Notes under the pieces: generated by a model
What the model saw: the letters and a program-made list of their open reading frames with translations, nothing else
What the model was told of the DNA's origin: nothing
Database searches by the model: none
Position numbers and translations under genes: made by a program
In this document: piece after piece, positions 31,101-44,900 of the stretch
Position numbering within the stretch: the first letter of the stretch is position 1
Layout: every line of letters begins with the position of its first letter
NCBI GenBank assembly: GCA_964035545.1
Contig: CAXIUT010000183.1
Coordinates: forward strand, 248,001-312,000
Origin: Bugula neritina
Taxonomy: Eukaryota; Animalia; Bryozoa
Reading direction: 5' to 3'
DNA: 64,000 nt

Positions 31101-31701
31101 TGGACTACTGAAATATACTGTAACACATTGAAAAATACTGCAAGATACTGAAATATACTGCGACACATTGCAATATACTGTAAGATACTGAAATATGCTA
31201 CAGCACACTGAAATACACTGCAACTCACTGAAATATACTGCAAGATATTGAAATACACTGCAACATTCTACAACATGCTGAAACACACTGTAACGTATTG
31301 AAATACACTGCAACACATTGAAATATACAGCAACATACCGAAATAAATGGTAAACTACTGAAATAGACTGTAACACATTGCAAAAGACTGCAACATACTG
31401 AAATATACTGCGACACATTGCAATATACTGTAACATACTGAAATATGCTCTAGCACACTGAAATACACTGCAACTCACTGCAAGATACTGCAACATACCG
31501 AAATACACTGTAACATAGTGAAACACACTGCAACATACTGCATTATACTGACATACACTGGAACATATTGAAATACACTGCAACACATTGAAAAATACTG
31601 CAACATACCGAAATATATGGTAAACTATTGAATTATACTGTAACACATTGAAAAATACTGAAACACACTGAAATATACTCTGACACAATGCAAAATACTG
31701 T
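28182..31701. repeat. 1760-bp tandem duplication nested in the second 5551-bp unit
   Basis: ORFs 28400..29248 and 30160..31008 are identical (+1760), as are 29115..29498 and 30875..31258. The junction lies at about 29942-29956. Confidence 0.88.
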
Positions 31702-32703
31702 AACATACTGAAATATGCTGTAGCACACTGAAATACACTGCAACTCACTGAAATATACTGCAACATACTGAAAAACACTGTAACATATTGAGACATACTG
31801 CAACATACTGCAACATACTGAAATACACTGTAACATACTGAAATACATTGCAAAATACTGCAACATATTGAAATACACTGCAACACATTGAAATATACTG
31901 CAACATACCTAAATATCCGGTTATATACTGAAATATACTGTAACACATTGAAAAATACTGCAACATACTGAAATACACTGCAACCCACTGAAATACATCG
32001 CAAAAGACTACAACATACTGAAATACACTGAAACACACTGAAATATACTCTGACACAATGCAAAATACTGTAACATACTGAAGTATGCTGTAGCACACTG
32101 AAATACACTGCAACTCACTGAAATATACTGCAACATACTGAAAAACACTGTAACATATTGAGACATACTGCAACATACTGCAACATACTGAAATACACTG
32201 TAACATACTGAAATACATTGCAAAATACTGCAACATATTGAAATACACTGCAACACATTTAAATATACTGCAACATACCTAAATATCCGGTAATATACTG
32301 AGATATACTGTAACACATTGAAAAATACTGCAACATATTGAAATACACTGCAACCCACTGAAATACATCGCAAAAGACTACAACATACTGAAATACACTG
32401 TAACATATTGAAATACACTGCAACACAATGAAATATACTGCAACCTATAGAAATATATGGTAAACTACTGAAATATACTGTAACACATTGAAAAATACTG
32501 CAACATACTGAAACATACTGCAACACATTGCAATATACTGTAACATACTGAAACATGCTGTAGCACACTGAAATAGACTGCAGCTCACTGAAATATACTG
32601 CAACATACTGAAATTCACTGCAGCATCCTACAACATGCTGAAATACACTGTAACATATTGAAATACACTGCAACACATTGAAATATACTGCAACATACCG
32701 CAA

Positions 32704-33459
32704 CACAGGATAGTTAAGGGCAACCTTTTAGCTGCAACTGCCTTGCTGAGGTTTGCATTGTAATCATATAAGAATTCAGTACCAGTAAAATAAGATCTCA
32801 CCTAATTGTGCTAGAGTCAAAATTTAAAAACTATGTTGTAGATCTTCTTTTTCTCCAGTGTAATTTTTTTGGAAATTTCAATTTTCATTTTTTTTGCGAA
32901 GTTATAGACAAAAAACTGCCGAATTTTGGCCAATTTTGCCTGAAAAGCTGACTTTTCAGTACCAGTAAAATATCTCAGCAGCAAAGCATGATATCTGAAA
33001 AAAAATTGCACTGCTGGAATCCTGAGATATTTCTCCAGTGTAAGTTTTTTTCTTTTTTCAATAACTCTGCTAGATTGCTCATAAATTGGTGATTTATACA
33101 CTGAAAATGCCATATTTTCTCATAAGAAACTAGCAGCGCGCAGCACTTCACGCTTCACTGAGCATGTAGGGATGAGAAGATATTGGCGCCTACATAATAA
33201 TTACAGGCTAGCTAGCTGGCAGGCTATAATGAATAGCTTGCTTTGTACTTTGTTTATTTAGCACCCATAATGGAATGTTGATAGATAACGCAGCCCTAAT
33301 GAAGGTTGCTGCTTATTGGTTGTAGTTTAATCTTAGGCTAAACAATTACAAGGAGGCAACACGCATGCCACCCGCAGAGCAATATTATTCAAGAACCTGA
33401 ACTACATTTTGAGAGAAATTTATGATATTCTTAGTGAGGATGCCCTTAACTATCCTGTG
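32704..33459. mobile_element. MITE copy 6 (insertion B), 756 bp
   Basis: Same TIRs, TSD and flanks; offset 7311 bp from copy 5 (5551 + 1760). Confidence 0.93.
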
Positions 33460-36400
33460 AATATATGGTAAACTACTGAAATATACTGTAACACATTGAA
33501 AAATACTGCATCATACTGAAATATACTGCGACATAATGCAATATTCTGTAACATACTGAGATATGCTGTAGCACACTGAAATACACTACAACTCACTGAA
33601 ACATACTGCAACATACTGAAATACACTGTAACATCCTACAACATACTGAAATACACAGTAACATATTGAAATACACTGCAACACATTGAAATATACTGCA
33701 ACATACCTAAATATACGGTAATATACTGAAATATACTGTAACACATTGAAAAATACTGCAAGATACTGAAATATACTGTGACACATTGCAATATACTGTA
33801 ACATACTGAAATATGCTCAAGCACACTGAAATACACTGCACCTCACTGAAACATACTGCAACATACTGAAATACACTGCAACATCCTACAACATACTGAA
33901 ATACACTGCAACATATTGAAAGACACTGCAAGACAATGAAATATACTGCAACATACTGAAATATACTGTAACACACTGAAATATACTGCAACATACTGAA
34001 ATACACTGCTACATACTGAAATATACTGCAACATACTGCAACATACTGAAATACACGGTAACATACTGAAATACACTGCAACAAACTACAACATATTGAA
34101 ATACACTGCAACACATTGAAATATACTGCAACATACCTAAATATACGGTAATATAGCGGAAAGAAACTGTAACAGATTGACAAATTCTGCAACATACTGA
34201 AATATACTGCGACACATTGCAATATACTGTAACATACTGAAATATGCTCTAGCACACTGAAATACACTGCAACCCACTGAAATATACTGCAACATACGGA
34301 AATACACTGCAACACATTGAAATACACTGCAACATACCAAAATAAATGGTAAACTACTGAAATATACTTTAACACATTGAAAAATACTGCAAAAACTGAA
34401 ATATACTGTAACACACTGAAATATACTGCAACATACTGAAATACACCGCAAAATACTACAACATACTGAAATACACTGTAACATATTGAAATACACTGCA
34501 ACACTTTGAAATATACTGCAACATATCGAAATATATGGTAAACTACTAAAATATACTGTAACACTTTGAAAAACAGTGCAACATACTGAAATATACTGCG
34601 ACACTTTGCAATGTACTGTAACATACTGAAATATGCTGTAGCACACTGAAATACACTGCAACTCACTGAAATATACTGCAACATATTGAAATACACTGCA
34701 ACAGCCTACAACATGCTAAAATACACTGTAACATATTGAAATACAGTACAACACATGGAAATATACTGCAACATACCGGAATATATGGTAAAGTACTGAA
34801 ATATACTGTAACACACTGAAAAATACTGCAACATACTGAAATATACTGCAACCCACTGAAATACATCGCAAAAGACTACAACATACTGAAATACACTGTA
34901 ACACACTGAAATATACTGCAACATACTGAAATACACTGAAACATACTGAAATAAACTGCAACATACCAAAATATATTGTAAACTACTGAAATATACTGTA
35001 ACACACTGAAAAATACTGCAACATACTGAAATATACTGCGACACATTGCAATATACTGCAACATACCAAAATATATGGTAAACTACTGAAATATACTTTA
35101 ACACATTGAAAATTACTGCAACATACTGAAATATACTGTAACACACTGAAATATACTGCAACACTTTGAAATATACTGCAACATACCGAAATATAATATG
35201 TTAAACTACTAAAATATACTGTAACACTTTGAAAAACAGTGCAACTTACTGAAATATACTGCGACACTTTGCAATGTACTGTAACATGCTGAAATATGCT
35301 GTAGCACACTGAAATACACTGCAACTCACTGAAATATACTGCAAAAAATTGAAATACACTGCAACATCCTACAACATGCTAAAATACACTGTAACATATT
35401 TAAATACAGTACAACACATTGAAATATACTGCAACATACCGGAACATATGGTAAAGTACTGAAATATACTGTAACACACTGAAAAATACTGCAACATACT
35501 GAAATATACTGCGACACATTGCAATATACTGCAACATACCAAAATATATGGTAAACTACTGAAATATACTTTAACACATTGAAAAATACTGCAACATACT
35601 GAAATATACTGTAACACACTGAAATATACTGCAACATACTGAAATACACTGTAACATACTGAAATAAACTGCAACATACCAAAATATATGGTAAACTACT
35701 GAAATATACTTTAACACATTGAAAAATCCTGCAACATACTAAAATATACTGTAACACACAGCAAGATACTGCAACATACCGAAATACACTGTAACATAGT
35801 GAAACACACTGCAACATACTGCATTATACTGACATACACTGGAACATATTGAAATACACTGCAACATCCTACAACATGCTGAAATACGCTGTAACATATT
35901 GAAATACACTGCAACACATTGAAAAATACTGCAACATACCGAAATATATGGTAAACTATTGAATTATACTGTAACACATTGAAAAATACTGAAACACACT
36001 GAAATATACTCTGACACAATGCAAAATACTGTAACATACTGAAATATGCTGTAGCACACTGAAATACACTGCAACTGACTGAAATATACTGCAACATACT
36101 GAAAAACACTGTAACATATTGAGACATATTGCAACATACTGCAACATACTGAAATACACTGTAACATACTGAAATACATTGCAAAATACTGCAACATATT
36201 GAAATACACTGCAACACATTGAAATATACTGCAACATACCTAAATATCCGGTAATATACTGAAATATACTGTAACACATTGAAAAATACTGCAACATACT
36301 GAAATACACTGCAACCCACTGAAATACATCGCAAAAGACTACAACATACTGAAATACACTGTAACATATTGAAATACACTGCAACACATTGAAATATACT

Positions 36401-38254
36401 GCAACCTATAGAAATATATGGTAAACTACTGAAATATACTGTAACACATTGAAAAATACTGCAACATACTGAAATATACTGTAACACACTGAAATATACT
36501 GCAACATACTGAAATACACTGTAACATACTGAAATAAACTGCAACATACTGAAGTACACTGCAACATCCTACAACATACTGAAATACAATGTAACATATT
36601 GAAACACACTGCAACACATTGAAATATACTGCAATGTACCGAATTATATGGTGGACTACTGAAATATACTGTAACACATTGAAAAATACTGCAAGATACT
36701 GAAATATACTGCGACACATTGCAATATACTGTAAGATACTGAAATATGCTACAGCACACTGAAATACACTGCAACTCACTGAAATATACTGCAAGATATT
36801 GAAATACACTGCAACATTCTACAACATGCTGAAACACACTGTAACGTATTGAAATACACTGCAACACATTGAAATATACAGCAACATACCGAAATAAATG
36901 GTAAACTACTGAAATAGACTGTAACACATTGCAAAAGACTGCAACATACTGAAATATACTGCGACACATTGCAATATACTGTAACATACTGAAATATGCT
37001 CTAGCACACTGAAATACACTGCAACTCACTGCAAGATACTGCAACATACCGAAATACACTGTAACATAGTGAAACACACTGCAACATACTGCATTATACT
37101 GACATACACTGGAACATATTGAAATACACTGCAACACATTGAAAAATACTGCAACATACCGAAATATATGGTAAACTATTGAATTATACTGTAACACATT
37201 GAAAAATACTGAAACACACTGAAATATACTCTGACACAATGCAAAATACTGTAACATACTGAAATATGCTGTAGCACACTGAAATACACTGCAACTCACT
37301 GAAATATACTGCAACATACTGAAAAACACTGTAACATATTGAGACATACTGCAACATACTGCAACATACTGAAATACACTGTAACATACTGAAATACATT
37401 GCAAAATACTGCAACATATTGAAATACACTGCAACACATTGAAATATACTGCAACATACCTAAATATCCGGTTATATACTGAAATATACTGTAACACATT
37501 GAAAAATACTGCAACATACTGAAATACACTGCAACCCACTGAAATACATCGCAAAAGACTACAACATACTGAAATACACTGAAACACACTGAAATATACT
37601 CTGACACAATGCAAAATACTGTAACATACTGAAGTATGCTGTAGCACACTGAAATACACTGCAACTCACTGAAATATACTGCAACATACTGAAAAACACT
37701 GTAACATATTGAGACATACTGCAACATACTGCAACATACTGAAATACACTGTAACATACTGAAATACATTGCAAAATACTGCAACATATTGAAATACACT
37801 GCAACACATTTAAATATACTGCAACATACCTAAATATCCGGTAATATACTGAGATATACTGTAACACATTGAAAAATACTGCAACATATTGAAATACACT
37901 GCAACCCACTGAAATACATCGCAAAAGACTACAACATACTGAAATACACTGTAACATATTGAAATACACTGCAACACAATGAAATATACTGCAACCTATA
38001 GAAATATATGGTAAACTACTGAAATATACTGTAACACATTGAAAAATACTGCAACATACTGAAACATACTGCAACACATTGCAATATACTGTAACATACT
38101 GAAACATGCTGTAGCACACTGAAATAGACTGCAGCTCACTGAAATATACTGCAACATACTGAAATTCACTGCAGCATCCTACAACATGCTGAAATACACT
38201 GTAACATATTGAAATACACTGCAACACATTGAAATATACTGCAACATACCGCAA

Positions 38255-38956
38255 CACAGGATAGTTAAGGGCAACCTTTTAGCTGCAACTGCCTTGCTGA
38301 GGTTTGCATTGTAATCATATAAGAATTCAGTACCAGTAAAATAAGATCTCACCTAATTGTGCTAGAGTCAAATTTCAATTTTCATTTTTTTTGCGAAGTT
38401 ATAGACAAAAAACTGCCGAATTTTGGCCAATTTTGCCTGAAAAGCTGACTTTTCAGTACCAGTGAAATATCTCAGCAGCAAAGCATGATATCTGAAAAAA
38501 AATTGCACTGCTGGAATCCTGAGATATTTCTCCAGTGTAAGTTTTTTTTTTTTTTCAATAACTCTGCTAGATTGCTCATAAATTGGTGATTTATACACTG
38601 AAAATGCCATATTTTCTCATAAGAAACTAGCAGCGCGCAGCACTTCACGCTTCACTGAGCATGTAGGGATGAGAAGATATTGGCGCCTACATAATAATTA
38701 CAGGCTAGCTAGCTGGCAGGCTATAATGAATAGCTTGCTTTGTACTTTGTTTATTTAGCACCCATAATGGAATGTTGATAGATAACGCAGCCCTAATGAA
38801 GGTTGCTGCTTATTGGTTGTAGTTTAATCTTAGGCTAAACAATTACAAGGAGGCAACACGCATGCCACCCGCAGAGCAATATTATTCAAGAACCTGAACT
38901 ACATTTTGAGAGAAATTTATGATATTCTTAGTGAGGATGCCCTTAACTATCCTGTG
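38255..38956. mobile_element. MITE copy 7 (insertion B), 702 bp, with a 54-bp internal deletion
   Basis: Same TIRs, TSD and flanks; offset 5551 bp from copy 6. Reads GAGTCAAATTTCAATT at about 38365-38380, where copy 6 has an extra 54 bp (32819-32872). Confidence 0.93.
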
Positions 38957-41900
38957 AATATATGGTAAACTACTGAAATATACTGTAACACATTGAAAAA
39001 TACTGCATCATACTGAAATATACTGCGACATAATGCAATATTCTGTAACATACTGAGATATGCTGTAGCACACTGAAATACACTACAACTCACTGAAACA
39101 TACTGCAACATACTGAAATACACTGTAACATCCTACAACATACTGAAATACACAGTAACATATTGAAATACACTGCAACACATTGAAATATACTGCAACA
39201 TACCTAAATATACGGTAATATACTGAAATATACTGTAACACATTGAAAAATACTGCAAGATACTGAAATATACTGTGACACATTGCAATATACTGTAACA
39301 TACTGAAATATGCTCAAGCACACTGAAATACACTGCACCTCACGGAAACATACTGCAACATACTGAAATACACTGCAACATCCTACAACATACTGAAATA
39401 CACTGCAACATATTGAAAGACACTGCAAGACAATGAAATATACTGCAACATACTGAAATATACTGTAACACACTGAAATATACTGCAACATACTGAAATA
39501 CACTGCTACATACTGAAATATACTGCAACATACTGCAACATACTGAAATACACGGTAACATACTGAAATACACTGCAACAAACTACAACATATTGAAATA
39601 CACTGCAACACATTGAAATATACTGCAACATACCTAAATATACGGTAATATAGCGGAAAGAAACTGTAACAGATTGACAAATTCTGCAACATACTGAAAT
39701 ATACTGCGACACATTGCAATATACTGTAACATACTGAAATATGCTCTAGCACACTGAAATACACTGCAACCCACTGAAATATACTGCAACATACGGAAAT
39801 ACACTGCAACACATTGAAATACACTGCAACATACCAAAATAAATGGTAAACTACTGAAATATACTTTAACACATTGAAAAATACTGCAAAAACTGAAATA
39901 TACTGTAACACACTGAAATATACTGCAACATACTGAAATACACCGCAAAATACTACAACATACTGAAATACACTGTAACATATTGAAATACACTGCAACA
40001 CTTTGAAATATACTGCAACATATCGAAATATATGGTAAACTACTAAAATATACTGTAACACTTTGAAAAACAGTGCAACATACTGAAATATACTGCGACA
40101 CTTTGCAATGTACTGTAACATACTGAAATATGCTGTAGCACACTGAAATACACTGCAACTCACTGAAATATACTGCAACATATTGAAATACACTGCAACA
40201 GCCTACAACATGCTAAAATACACTGTAACATATTGAAATACAGTACAACACATGGAAATATACTGCAACATACCGGAATATATGGTAAAGTACTGAAATA
40301 TACTGTAACACACTGAAAAATACTGCAACATACTGAAATATACTGCGACACATTGCAATATAATGCAACATACCAAAATATATGGTAAACTATTGAAATA
40401 CACTGCAAAACATTGAAATATACTGCAACATACCTAAATATCCGGTAATATACTGAAATATACTGTAACACATTGAAAAATACTGCAACATACTGAAATA
40501 CACTGCAACCCACTGAAATACATCGCAAAAGACTACAACATACTGAAATACACTGTAACACACTGAAATATACTGCAACATACTGAAATACACTGAAACA
40601 TACTGAAATAAACTGCAACATACCAAAATATATTGTAAACTACTGAAATATACTGTAACACACTGAAAAATACTGCAACATACTGAAATATACTGCGACA
40701 CATTGCAATATACTGCAACATACCAAAATATATGGTAAACTACTGAAATATACTTTAACACATTGAAAATTACTGCAACATACTGAAATATACTGTAACA
40801 CACTGAAATATACTGCAACACGTTGAAATATACTGCAACATACCGAAATATAATATGTTAAACTACTAAAATATACTGTAACACTTTGAAAAACAGTGCA
40901 ACTTACTGAAATATACTGCGACACTTTGCAATGTACTGTAACATGCTGAAATATGCTGTAGCACACTGAAATACACTGCAACTCACTGAAATATACTGCA
41001 AAAAATTGAAATACACTGCAACATCCTACAACATGCTAAAATACACTGTAACATATTTAAATACAGTACAACACATTGAAATATACTGCAACATACCGGA
41101 ACATATGGTAAAGTACTGAAATATACTGTAACACACTGAAAAATACTGCAACATACTGAAATATACTGCGACACATTGCAATATACTGCAACATACCAAA
41201 ATATATGGTAAACTACTGAAATATACTTTAACACATTGAAAAATACTGCAACATACTGAAATATACTGTAACACACTGAAATATACTGCAACATACTGAA
41301 ATACACTGTAACATACTGAAATAAACTGCAACATACCAAAATATATGGTAAACTACTGAAATATACTTTAACACATTGAAAAATCCTGCAACATACTAAA
41401 ATATACTGTAACACACAGCAAGATACTGCAACATACCGAAATACACTGTAACATAGTGAAACACACTGCAACATACTGCATTATACTGACATACACTGGA
41501 ACATATTGAAATACACTGCAACATCCTACAACATGCTGAAATACGCTGTAACATATTGAAATACACTGCAACACATTGAAAAATACTGCAACATACCGAA
41601 ATATATGGTAAACTATTGAATTATACTGTAACACATTGAAAAATACTGAAACACACTGAAATATACTCTGACACAATGCAAAATACTGTAACATACTGAA
41701 ATATGCTGTAGCACACTGAAATACACTGCAACTCACTGAAATATACTGCAACATACTGAAAAACACTGTAACATATTGAGACATATTGCAACATACTGCA
41801 ACATACTGAAATACACTGTAACATACTGAAATACATTGCAAAATACTGCAACATATTGAAATACACTGCAACACATTGAAATATACTGCAACATACCTAA

Positions 41901-44900
41901 ATATCCGGTAATATACTGAAATATACTGTAACACATTGAAAAATACTGCAACATACTGAAATACACTGCAACCCACTGAAATACATCGCAAAAGACTACA
42001 ACATACTGAAATACACTGTAACATATTGAAATACACTGCAACACATTGAAATATACTGCAACCTATAGAAATATATGGTAAACTACTGAAATATACTGTA
42101 ACACATTGAAAAATACTGCAACATACTGAAATATACTGTAACACACTGAAATATACTGCAACATACTGAAATACACTGTAACATACTGAAATAAACTGCA
42201 ACATACTGAAGTACACTGCAACATCCTACAACATACTGAAATACAATGTAACATATTGAAACACACTGCAACACATTGAAATATACTGCAATGTACCGAA
42301 TTATATGGTGGACTACTGAAATATACTGTAACACATTGAAAAATACTGCAAGATACTGAAATATACTGCGACACATTGCAATATACTGTAACATACTGAA
42401 ATATGCTACAGCACACTGAAATACACTGCAACTCACTGAAATATACTGCAAGATATTGAAATACACTGCAACATTCTACAACATGCTGAAACACACTGTA
42501 ACGTATTGAAATACACTGCAACACATTGAAATATACAGCAACATACCGAAATAAAATGGTAAACTACTGAAATAGACTGTAACACATTGCAAAAGACTGC
42601 AACATACTGAAATATACTGCGACACATTGCAATATACTGTAACATACTGAAATATGCTCTAGCACACTGAAATACACTGCAACTCACTGAAATATACTGC
42701 AACATACTGAAATACACTGCAACACATTGAAATATACTGCAACCTACAGAAATAAGTGGTAAACTACTGAAATATACTGTAACACATTGAAAAATACTGC
42801 AACATACTGAAATATACTGCGACACATTGTAATATACTGTAACATACTGAAACATACTGTAACATATTGAAAAATACTGCAACATACTGCAACATACTGA
42901 AATACACTGTAACATACTGAAATACATTGCAAAATACTACAACATACTGAAATACACTGTAACACACTGAAATATACTACAACATACCTAAATATCCGGT
43001 AATATACTGAAATATACTGTAACACATTGAAAAATACTGCAACATACTGAAATACACTGCAACCCACTGAAATACATCGCAAAATACTACAACATACTGA
43101 AATACACTGTAACATATTGAAATACACTGCAACACATTGAAATATACTGCAACCTACAGAAATAGGTGGTAAACTACTGAAATATACTGTAACACATTGA
43201 AAAATACTGCAACATACTGAAATATACTATGACACATTGCAATATACTGTAACATACTGAAATATGCTCTAGCACACTGAAATACACTGCAACCCACTGA
43301 AATATACTGCAACATATGGAAATACACTGCAACACATTGAAATACACTGCAACATACCAAAAGAAATGGTAAACTACTGAAATATACTTTAACACATTGA
43401 AAAATACTGCAACATACTGAAATATACTGTAACACACTGAAATATACTGCAACATACTGAAATACACTGTAACATACTGAAATAAACTGCAACATACTGA
43501 AGTACACTGCAACATCCTACAACATACTGAAATACAATGTAACATATTGAAACACACTGCAACACATTGAAATATACTGCAATGTACCGAATTATATGGT
43601 GGACTACTGAAATATACTGTAACACACTGAAAAATACTGCAAGATACTGAAATATACTGCGACACATTGCAATATACTGTAACATACTGAAATATGCTAC
43701 AGCACACTGAAATACACTGCAACTCACTGAAATATACTGCAACATATTGAAATACACTGCAACATTCTACAACATGCTGAAACACACTGTAACGTATTGA
43801 AATACACTGCAACACTTTGAAATATACGGCAACATACTGAAATATAATATGTTAAACCACTAAAATATACTGTAACACTTTGAAAAACAGTGCAACTTAC
43901 TGAAATATACTGCGACACTTTGCAATGTACTGTAACATGCTGAAATATGCTGTAGCACACTGAAATACACTGCAACTCACTGAAATATACTGCAACATAT
44001 TGAAATACACTGCAACATCCTACAACATGCTAAAATACACTGTAACATATTGAAATACAGTACAACACATTGAAATATACTGCAACATACCGGAATATAT
44101 GGTAAAGTACTGAAATATACTGTAACACACTGAAAAATACTGCAACATACTGAAATATACTGCGACACATTGCAATATACTGCAACCTACAGAAATAGGT
44201 GGTAAACTACTGAAATATACTGTAACACATTGAAAAATACTGCAACATACTGAAGTATACTGCGACACATTGCAATATACTGTAACATACTGAAATATGC
44301 TCTAGCACACTGAAATACACTGCAACCCACTGAAATATACTGCAACATATGGAAATACACTGCAACACATTGAAATACACTGCAACATACCAAAATAAAT
44401 GGTAAACTACTGAAATATACTTTAACACATTGAAAAATACTGCAACATACTGAAATATACTGTAACACACTGAAATATACTGCAACATACTGAAATACAC
44501 TGTAACATACTGAAATAAACTGCAACATACTGAAGTACACTGCAACATCCTACAACATACTGAAATACAATGTAACATATTGAAACACACTGCAACACAT
44601 TGAAATATACTGCAATGTACCGAATTATATGGTGGACTACTGAAATATACTGTAACACACTGAAAAATACTGCAAGATACTGAAATATACTGCGACACAT
44701 TGCAATATACTGCAACCTACAGAAATAGGTGGTAAACTACTGAAATATACTGTAACACATTGCAATATACTGTAACATACTGAAATATGCTCTAGCACAC
44801 TGAAATACACTGCAACCCACTGAAACATACTGCAACATACTGAAATACACTGTAACATCCTACAACATACTGAAATACACAGTAACATATTGAAATACAC

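Larger units (their letters stand above)
18620..42680. repeat. MITE-containing higher-order repeat, unit 5551 bp, about four copies (one expanded to 7311 bp, the last more diverged); boundaries approximate
   Basis: Identical translations recur at +5551 (20845..21834 vs 26396..27385; 22849..23697 vs 28400..29248; 30855..32108 vs 36406..37659). MITE starts are 19842, 25393, 32704 and 38255. Confidence 0.92.
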
